Shown here piece after piece: positions 1-10,800 of a stretch of 64,000 bases of DNA (position 1 is the stretch's first letter; each line of letters begins with the position of its first letter). The translations under genes were made by a program, and so were the position numbers. The DNA is taken from the NCBI GenBank assembly GCA_964057225.1, contig CAXKVF010000074.1, forward strand, positions 248,001 through 312,000, read 5' to 3'. The notes beneath the pieces are model-generated. The model ran no database searches, had not been told where the DNA came from, and was given only the letters and a program-made list of their open reading frames with translations. Origin of the DNA: Auanema rhodensis (taxonomy: Eukaryota; Animalia; Nematoda).

Positions 1-3000
1 TGACTTTGAAATTTACGTGAACTTTAATTTATGCTAATTAAATGTACACGTGATGTGCACTTGGTATGTAACTCGCTTCACGTGAAAGATAAAGAGATGC
101 GGTTTTCAAAATTAGATTCCTCATGTCCATATTAGTCTAAAAACAAATTTTTATTGATATTGCTTCATGGTAACCATGACTTTGAAATTTACGTGAACTT
201 TAATTTATGCTAATTAAATGTACACGTGATGTGCACTTGGTGTGTAACTCGCTTCACGTGAAAGATAAAAAGATGCGGTTTTCAAAATTAGATTCCCCAT
301 GTCCATATTAGTCTAAAAACAAATTTTTATTGATATTGGTGCATGGTAACCATGACTTTGAAATTTACGTGAACTTTAATTTATGCTAATTAAATGTACA
401 CGTGATGTGCACTTGGTATGTAACTCGCTTCACGTGAAAGATGAAGAGATGCGGTTTTCAAAATTAGATTCCCCATGTCCATATTAGTCTAAAAACAAAT
501 TTTTATTGATATTGGTTCATGGTAACCATGACTTTGAAATTTACGTGAACTTTCATTTATGCTAATTAAATGTACACGTGATGTGCACTTGGTATGTAAC
601 TCGCTTCACGTGAAAGATAAAGAGATGCGGTTTTCAAAATTAGATTCCCCATGTCCATATTAGTCTAAAAACAAATTTTTATTGATATTGGTGCATGGTA
701 ACCATGACTTTGAAATTTACGTGAACTTTAATTTATGCTAATTAAATGTACACGTGATGTGCACTTGGTATGTAACTCGCTTCACGTGAAAGATGAAGAG
801 ATGCGGTTTTCAAAATTAGATTCCCCATGTCCATATTAGTCTAAAAACAAATTTTTATTGATATTGGTGCATGGTAACCATGACTTTGAAATTTACGTGA
901 ACTTTAATTTATGCTAATTAAATGTACACGTGATGTGCACTTGGTATGCAACTCGCTTCACGTGAAAGATAAAGAGATGCGGTTTTCAAAATTAGATTTC
1001 CCATGTCCATATTAGTCTAAAAACAAATTTTTATTGATATTGGTGCATGGTAACCATGACTTTGAAATTTACGTGAACTTCAATTTATGCTAATTAAATG
1101 TACACGTGATGTGCACTTGGTATGTAACTCGCTTCACGTGAAAGATAAAGAGATGCGGTTTTCAAAATTAGATTCCCCATGTCCATATTAGTCTAAAAAC
1201 AAATTTTTATTGATATTGGTTCATGGTAACCATGACTTTGAAATTTACGTGAACTTTAATTTATGCTAATTAAATGTACACGTGATGTGCACTTGGTATG
1301 TAACTCGCTTCACGTGAAAGATAAAGAGATGCGGTTTTCAAAATTAGATTCCCCATGTCCATATTAGTCTAAAAACAAATTTTTATTGATATTGGTGCAT
1401 GGTAACCATGACTTTGAAATTTACGTGAACTTTAATTTATGCTAATTAAATGTACACGTGATGTGCACTTGGTATGTAACTCGCTTCACGTGAAAGATGA
1501 AGAGATGCCGTTTTCAAAATTAGATTCCCCATGTCCATATTAGTCTAAAAACAAATTTTTATTGATATTGGTGCATGGTAACCATGACTTTGAAATTTAC
1601 GTGAACTTTAATTTATGCTAATTAAATGTACACGTGATGTGCACTTGGTATGTAACTCGCTTCACGTGAAAGATAAAGAGATGCGGTTTTCAAAATTAGA
1701 TTCCCCATGTCCATATTAGTCTAAAAACAAATTTTTATTGATATTGGTGCATGGTAACCATGACTTTGAAATTTACGTGAACTTTAATTTATGCTAATTA
1801 AATGTACACGTGATGTGCACTTGGTATGTAACTCGCTTCACGTGAAAGATAAAGAGATGCGGTTTTCAAAATTAGATTCCCCATGTCCATATTAGTCTTA
1901 AAACAAATTTTTATTGATATTGGTGCATGGTAACCATGACTTTGAAATTTACGTGAACTTTAATTTATGCTAATTAAATGTACACGTGATGTGCACTTGG
2001 TATGTAACTCGCTTCACGTGAAAGATAAAGAGATGCGGTTTTCAAAATTAGATTCCCCATGTCCATATTAGTCTAAAAACAAATTTTTATTGATATTGGT
2101 GCATGGTAACCATGACTTTGAAATTTACGTGAACTTTAATTTATGCTAATTAAATGTACACGTGATGTGCACTTGGTATGTAACTCGCTTCACGTGAAAG
2201 ATAAAGAGATGCGGTTTTCAAAATTAGATTCCCCATGTCCATATTAGTCTAAAAACAAATTTTTATTGATATTGGTTCATGGTAACCATGACTTTGAAAT
2301 TTACGTGAACTTTAATTAATGCTAATTAAATGTACACGTGATGTGCACTTGGTTTGTAACTCGCTTCACGTGAAAGATAAAGAGATCCGGTTTTCAAAAT
2401 TAGATTCCCCATGTCCATATTAGTCTAAAAACAAATTTTTATTGATATTGCTTCATGGTAACCATGACTTTGAAATTTACGTGAACTTTAATTTATGCTA
2501 ATTAAATGTACACGTGATGTGCACTTGGTATGTAACTCGCTTCACGTGAAAGATAAAGAGATGCGGTTTTCAAAATTAGATTTCCCATGTCCATATTAGT
2601 CTAAAAACAAATTTTTATTGATATTGGTTCATGGTAACCATAACTTTGAATTTTACGTGAACTTTAATTTATGCTAATTAAATGTACACGTGATGTGCAC
2701 TTGGTATGTAACTCGCTTCACGTGAAAGATAAAGAAATGCGGTTTTCAAAATTAGATTCCCCATGTCCATATTAGTCTAAAAACAAATTTTTATTGATAT
2801 TGGTTCATGGTAACCATGACTTTGAAATTTACGTGAACTTTAATTTATGCTAATTAAATGTACACGTGATGTGCACTTGGTATGTAACTCGCTTCACGTG
2901 AAAGATAAAGAGATGCGGTTTTCAAAATTAGATTCCCTATGTCCATATTAGTCTAAAAACAAATTTTTATTGATATTGCTTCATGGTAACCATGACTTTG

Positions 3001-4307
3001 AAATTTACGTGAACTTTAATTTATGCTAATTAAATGTACACGTGATGTGCACTTGGTATGTAACTCGCTTCACGTGAAAGATAAAAAGATGCGGTTTTCA
3101 AAATTAGATTCTTCATGTCCATATTAGTCTAAAAACAAATTTTTATTGATATTGGTGCATGGTAACCATGACTTTGAAATTTACGTGAACTTTAATTTAT
3201 GCTAATTAAATGTACACGTGATGTGCACTTGGTATGTAACTCGCTTCACGTGAAAGATGAAGAGATGCGGTTTTCAAAATTAGATTCCCCATGTCCATAT
3301 TAGTCTAAAAACAAATTTTTATTGATATTGGTTCATGGTAACCATGACTTTGAAATTTACGTGAACTTTCATTTATGCTAATTAAATGTACACGTGATGT
3401 GCACTTGGTATGTAACTCGCTTCACGTGAAAGATAAAGAGATGCGGTTTTCAAAATTAGATTCCCCATGTCCATATTAGTCTAAAAACAAATTTTTATTG
3501 ATATTGGTGCATGGTAACCATGACTTTAAAATTTACGTGAACTTTAATTTATGCTAATTAAATGTACACGTGATGTGCACTTGGTATGTAACTCGCTTCT
3601 CGTGAAAGATAAAGAGATGCGGTTTTCAAAATTAGATTCCCCATGTCCATATTAGTCTAAAAACAAATTTTTATTGATATTGGTTCATGGTAACCATGAC
3701 TTTGAAATTTACGTGAACTTTAATTTATGCCAATTAAATGTACACGTGATGTGCACTTGGTATGTAACTCGCTTCACGTGAAAGATAAAGAGATGCGGTT
3801 TTCAAAATTAGATTCCCCATGTCCATATTAGTCTAAAAACAAATTTTTATTGATATTGGTGCATGGTAACCATGACTTTGAAATTTACGTGAACTTTAAT
3901 TTATGCTAATTAAATGTACACGTGATGTGCACTTGGTATGTAACTCGCTTCAGGTGAAAGATAAAGAGATGCGGTTTTCAAAATTAGATTCCCCATGTCC
4001 ATATTAGTCTAAAAACAAATTTTTATTGATATTGGTTCATGGTAACCATGACTTTGAATTTTACGTGAACTTTAATTTATGCTAATTAAATGTACACGTG
4101 ATGTGCACTTGGTATGTAACTCGCTTCACGTGAAAGATAAAGAGATGCGGTTTTCAAAATTAGATTCCCCATGTCCATATTAGTCTAAAAACAAATTTTT
4201 ATTGATATTGGTTCATGGTAACCATGACTTTGAATTTTACGTGAACTTTAATTTATGCTAATTAAATGTACACGTGATGTGCACTTGGTATGTAACTCGC
4301 TTCACGT
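1..4307 (+). repeat. 176-bp tandem satellite array, forward orientation (24 monomers + 83 bp)
   Basis: Monomer TGACTTTGAAATTTACGTGAAC...CATGGTAACCA recurs at 1, 177, ... 4225 with an exact 176-bp period and only single-base variants; ends at ...TTCACGT (monomer position 83). Confidence 0.99.
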
Positions 4308-4826
4308 AAAGCTACTACCATTATCGGTTATCATACTCATTGGTGGTCCATATATGAAAACAAATCTAATTACAAACGCTTTTGTGATTTCAGTAGCCGT
4401 TTGTGCTATTAATGGGCAAGTTGTTCCCCATTTACTAAAAGCATCTTGAATACTCAAGATGTATCGATGTCCATCATTAGTGCGAGGTAAAGGACCTAGT
4501 ATATCTACATGAATACGATCAAATGGCTTTTCGGGTATAAAAAATCTTCCCATAGGTTGAATATACGATTGGTGTGGGTTAGATTTCCTACTTGCACATT
4601 TTGTACAACGATTAATAAATTCAGTTATTTGTGGAACCATATTAGTCCAAAAGAATCGTCGTCGAATCGCATCAGTAGTTTTATTTATACCTAGGTGTGC
4701 ACCAATTTTGGAATCTTCATGAAAAAACTTGATAACAACATCAGTTATTTTGTCGTTACGAGGCAAAATAATAGATGGTTTCAATAATTTTTCGCTTGTT
4801 TTGCATGTAATATGCCTTCTCGTTCT
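4302..4826 (-). pseudogene. Integrase N-terminal fragment, in -1 frame relative to the polyprotein and truncated after the second catalytic Asp
   Basis: HHCC zinc finger (FHED...AHLG...CTKC), RIHVDILGP (D1) and ITDNG (D2); catalytic E absent; the stop codon is supplied by satellite sequence at 4302-4304. Confidence 0.93.
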
Positions 4827-7800
4827 TCATACCGGTCTGATATATTAGCCGGACAGTTATCATTATTAATTTGAGAAAGTGCTTCGCGAATCCAGGGAAC
4901 TCCAGCTTGAACTTTCCGTATTTCTTCACAATTTAGTTGGTCAATAGAAGAAATAGTTGTGATATGAGCAATAAAAGCATCAACAGGTTTTACTTTGTCC
5001 TTTGGTTTAGTAGGACGACTGTCATTTGCTTCGTTTCCTATATACCTGGAGAGAGCATCACAGACACTGTTTAATTTGCCAGGACGATATTCAATCTTTA
5101 TGTTGAAATCTTGTATCATTAGTTGATACTTGGCTAATCTACCTATGAGATCTTTACGCGACATTAAACTGGTTAATGGTCGGTGATCTGTGATAACTGT
5201 GGTAGGTACTCCTAATACATAGGTACGGAATTGTTGAAGAGCAAAGACTAAACCGAGTGCTTCAACTTCAATAGGAGGATATTTCCGTTCCGCTGGAGTC
5301 AACTTTCTACTAGCGAACGCAATCGGGTGTAATGGAGAATTTTTCTCTGCTGATTGCAATAAAACTGCTCCCACAGCGATCATACTGCCATCACTTTCTA
5401 TAACAAAAGGTTGGTCTGCTTTAGGAGGTTTCAGTACAGGGGCAGTACACAGTAATGTTTTTAAAGTTTCAAATGCGTCTGCATGTTCCGATTTCCACTC
5501 AAAAGGAGTATCCTTATGTGTTAACTTATACAATGGCTCAGCTATTCCGGCATAATTTTGAATAAACCGTCGAAAATAGTTAGTCATACCTAGAAAGGAT
5601 CTGACAGCCGTAACTGTGCTTGGATTTGGAAATTCGGAAACAGCCTGTATTTTAGCAGGATCTGGTTTAACACCATTTCTACCTATTATAAAACCCAAAA
5701 ACTTTACTTCAGTGGCTGCAAAGCAACATTTAGATAACTTAATTTTTAACCCTAGTTCAGTGACCTTTTTCAGCACTTCTTGTATATCTCTTAAATGTTC
5801 TTCAGCTGAGTTCGAAATTATTAGCAAATCATCTAGATATACAAACAGTTTGCATCTAACAAGAGATTGCAAGTATCGTACTGCGGATTGAAAAGTGTGT
5901 GGCGCTCCACACAATCCCATAGGCATTCGGCAATACTGATAGGTACCTGATGGAGTGGTAAAAGCAGTTAAGTATCTATCTGAGCGTTTCAACGGTATTT
6001 GGAAGAAACCAGAAATGAGATCAAAATTCGAAAAGAACTGAGCTCCAGCCGCTAAGTCTATGATATCAGGAATGTGTGGGATGCTGTATGTTTGTTTCTT
6101 AGTAACACTATTCAATGCTCTAAAGTCAGTAACGAACCGGAAAGAATTATCTTTCTTTTTCACAAAAACAACCGGACTAGTGAAAGTAGCCGTCGAATTT
6201 TCGATTATACCTTGCGACAACATTTCTTTCACTTGCCGTTCTACTTCTTCTTGCTTACCCAATGGTACTCTGTAAGATCTACTTTTTGGAAAATCCATAT
6301 CAGATCTTATAGGAATGGCATGTTCAACTGGTCCGCAAAAGAGACCAATATTATGATCATGGTTGAAAAATGCCGTTTGGTTTTCCTTAATGATTGTGAT
6401 CAGATTTTTCTTCATTTTATGAGACAGAGTGCAAGAATTGAAGTTCAAATCATCCAAAAGATGCTGAGGAAAAGTTGGTAACTTATCTTCCCAATCAGCT
6501 TCAGGTGGAACATAATCGTTCATAATTTCTTTAGATGCTATAAGTCCTGAACCAATGTGGTCATTTTTATTAATTTTAATTGGCTTTGAAGAATTGTTTG
6601 ATACTACCATAGTAATAGGAAAAGGTCCTATGGCGGCATCTGGAATTGATATAGGACCTGTGCTAGATTTTAAAAGAGCATATTGATCAAAATCTAATTC
6701 TGGTCCTGTTTGCAAAGATATGTGGGAGGTACTGTGTGGTGGAACTGTTACTGTGGACAAACTTATGATATTTACTGTTTTAGTTGTGGTTTTATATGCA
6801 AAACAACCAGGTTTTACTAAGGGTGTTTCCATATTACCAACAATCAACTTTCCTTTACATAGTTTTAATGTAGTAAATATCTCTCTTTCTTCCAACGTAC
6901 GCATAAAATCAGTACCAAGTAACATTTGTCCTGGACAGTCATTGTCTTCAGATATTAAAAATTCGTGTTCCACTTGGTAACCTGCTATACCCACATCTAA
7001 CTTGCATTTTCCCACAAAGCGAAACTCTGATCCATTTGCAGTGGATGCAGATTTAGAATATTTTGTAAAATATTGTCTTCCAATATATGCCAATGTGGAG
7101 AACGGAATATATGAGACCGTAGCTCCAGAATCCCATAATGCTAACAGTCCTCTACCTTCAATGTCAATATGAACAAACGGTAACATGTGTCCATTTTTCT
7201 TTGTTGTTGTGTGACATACAAAAGGTATGGCTAAAGGAATGTAAGTTATGATGGTGGGAAAATAGCTCCGCATCAATTCATCACTAACTGTTTCATGAAT
7301 CTCATCTCCCTCAAGTGGTGGAGCTGTTGGGCTCAACATGATATGGTTTATTTTTAACATAGAAGTAGGGGAGAGATAACATTTTATAGTGAAATATAAT
7401 GCTATCATTAGACATAATATCAGAGTTATACAACCGATGGTAATGAGTGTTCGTTCAATTGAACCTATACAAAAGTCAATGAACAGATCCCAGTTGGAGA
7501 AAACAATTTTCCTGGCATCTCTTATAAGTTTACTTCCTTTCAAGATGAAAGAGGAAATTTGAGGCCAATCATGTGAACGAGAAATTACGCGGAGAAGATC
7601 ATGGTGAGGTGAAGTAGATAAACTATAACCATAAGTTAATCCAATAGATAGGGCTAAGGATTTTTCAGTCGAATTTTCAAACAAATTCCGCCCTGTGAAT
7701 CGAAGTTTACTCAATTCAGCATAATGATCATGTTTTTCTGAATGAATACTATCTACTTTATGTGTGTCACCTTTATAATCTCTCCATGTTCCATTTTCAT

Positions 7801-10800
7801 ACCAAATCTCTGTCTCTTTGTGTTCACAATTGATCTCATGTCCTTCAGTGCTCAAATCGTAGCTATCGATAGGAGCAAAGAATAATTGTTTATCGTGTGT
7901 TAAAACAGGGGTCTCTGCATAACATTTATCATTGTAAGAATGATTACGATAAATGAAATGTGGTTCTATTTCCTGACAAGTTGTTATTTTTAAAACATTT
8001 CTTCCAACAAATCGGGCAACGATATCATTCCGCTGAAGCATAGCTCTTACTCCTATTGTAGGATGTATACGTAATATAGCTTGCCAGCTTTTTACAGTTT
8101 CCATTTGAGATTTACAGATGGTATGAAACTGTTGATGAAATTCGTCAATTATGGAGAGACGCGCTTTCTCAAACCCATAATTCAACTTATTATCTATTAT
8201 CGTTTTAGTTTTATGCTCTGATTTGTGGAGAACATTGTCATATACTTCTGCTACATACAACTCTCGACCTCTCTCGTACGCATTAGGGGTAGGAGTTGTT
8301 AAACTACGAATTGTAGTTTTGGTGGAAGTTATTGGGGTTACAGTAGTATGCTGTACCATATTTTTATCAGTTGTGATTTGAGTTTTAACCCAACTTATGA
8401 ATTCTAAAACTTCTGTTTTATTGAATTTAGGATTTTCCTGTGGGTATTCGATGGACTGTGGAGGAAATCCATAATATGCTGTACTATTCTTTGTATAAAG
8501 GTTGTGATAGTCAGGCAGCTTGGATATAATTGCTAAATCTTGCTCTTGGTTATTTCTAACAGTAGCATCAGCTTTTTGTTGTCGACTGACTTGCATGTCA
8601 CGAGATATTTGTTCTTTTCCCGATTGTTGTTGGATCATGAATAACATGCCTTGAGCAGTTGCAATAATTTCAGATTGATTCATATTTCCACTGCGTGGTA
8701 ATATAGATGGATATAAGGCTCTTGCCAACTGTTCAATTGATGGAACTGTTTGTGTACCATCAAGAATTGTGGCTTGATATACTACTGCGTGAGCCATTCC
8801 TCGAAAGAAATCTTCTATGGATGTTGTAGATTTCATCAAAGATCTTTTTAACCGAGGAACTTCTATACGACGAGCTACTTGAGTGATAAGATCATCCAAT
8901 TTCATGCTATTAATCATCTGTCTAGTAGCCAGTTTAATTTCCTCTATACCCATACATTGTAAAATCAAAAGATTGGGATCTTTGAAATTATTAGACTTTG
9001 CCCAGTTAGTTATATGATCTTTTGTCAATCCTAAACTAACAATTGTGTCAATGAACAGTGGATTATCTATCGCGAATTGGAGCAAACTCTCATAAGATGA
9101 TGTAGCTGCATATCTCATATATTTTGCGTAAAACTTAGTGATAGATGCAGATCCAAAAATGAAAGTAGGTCTTAGAAATGGAAACGCATATGGTTGGGAT
9201 TTCGCATTAACAAAAAGATAATCATCACTGAAAGAGCGATGTTTTTGAGGTAATGCATTACGTTTATTTCTGCGTCTATCAGCATTAAGCAAAGTATTGG
9301 AAAGGTCAAGCAAATTATAAACACGGGGATATGCTGTGAATCGGATAATTGCCTCAGAAGATGATTCAAAAACAGCGAATTCGAAACAAGATTGAACGTG
9401 AGCGGATGTGGAATGATTTTGGAGAACAAAAGCGCTTTCAATAGAGTGAACTAGAAGAATATGATCACCCAACATGGCGGAGAAGGGGCCAAGTTTTTGA
9501 TAGTGACAGACAACTGATAGGATAGGTGGTTGCCAGATAACTGCACCTTCACCAGTTGCACAAAACCCTTCATTTCCTTTACAATTATCAGTATTTATAA
9601 ATAAGTCTGATACAATGTGATCTTCTTTCAATCTAGTTATTATCCCTCGCTTCAATACAAATTGTTCAATTTCTACACATTCTTCAGTGGACCAAGAGCG
9701 AGTTGGATTATGCTCGTTTAATGGTGTTTCAAAAACTGAATGCTGTTGGGCATTCATGATTTTATCATTCCACATACGATTTCTATGTGCTCGAACACAA
9801 TCTTTCTTATCTACTGTTTCAATATGAGAGAATGTGGTGTTACGATCTCTCAAAAACATGAAATCTCTCACACAGCTTTTATACTTTTTCACATAGCATT
9901 TCCATGCTTCCCATGACTCTATCTCAGCCTTTGGTAGATATATTTCTACCTCAACACTGTGAGCCTTTTCAATTTCTGCCTTATGGCAGCCTGTGACCAC
10001 AGGAGGTGTTACTAATATACCCCCTTCAGATTGAGCGCAAATCTGATATTTTGCCGACCCAAAGGGAAGGCATGAGAGTGCCAATAAAGTCAGGCACAAC
10101 GTGACCGGTGGCATGAATGGGGTCGCTACGCTGTATACCCTTGAGTTACCATTCCCATTGGCTGATGGTCTTTGTCTTCTTGGGGAACTAGGCCTAGGGT
10201 TCCAAGACGAGCTATTGGCATTTCTGCCATTGGCAAATGGGCGGTTTCCCGGGTTAGGACGCCTATTCATATTCCCGTTCTGCGAGTTATTATTATTATA
10301 ACGTACGGCAGAAGGTCGCTCTCTCTCTCGCTCATAATCATTAGAGCCATTATTGTGCTGAGTCCAGTTATTATTTTTTTTATTATTTTTATTATTTTTA
10401 TAATTTTTATTATTATTATTATTCCTACTTCTTTCTCTTTCTTCACTAAAGCTTAATTTATGTTGTAAAGCATTTATGAGCTCCTTCAAGGTGCTGGTGT
10501 CTTCATTTCTTTTCATGAAGCTATTCCGAACGCCTTCTTCAAACCTAGCTAATTTCTTAGCTTGTTCATAAGTGGCGGGGTTTTTAGTTAAAACCGCAAT
10601 ACCCAGTTCCTCTTTTAAACCATTTAAAAATGCCGTTTTCAACATTGGTTCCCGCTCGGGATCCATTGGTGACATTATGGTGCTTGCCATTCTCTCTAAT
10701 TCCATACTAAAATCGAGAACAGATTTATCTCCTTGTTGTATTCGATGAATAAGCGCTATGGTGAAATTTTTATCTGTTTTAGGCGCTAAAAGCTCAGTGA

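Noticed and set aside
1-176. Identity with plant centromeric satellites of similar length (Brassica CentBr 176 bp, Arabidopsis CEN178) or primate alpha satellite
   Set aside because: Only the length is similar; the sequence does not resemble those consensus monomers as I recall them
4255-4449. 64-aa + strand ORF
   Set aside because: Chimeric reading across the satellite/integrase-antisense junction; no coding evidence
7214-7265. Second transmembrane helix (YFPTIITYIPLAIPFVC) before the protease
   Set aside because: Short and Pro-rich; a second span would place Pol in the lumen, so it is more likely a linker or cleavage region, though untested
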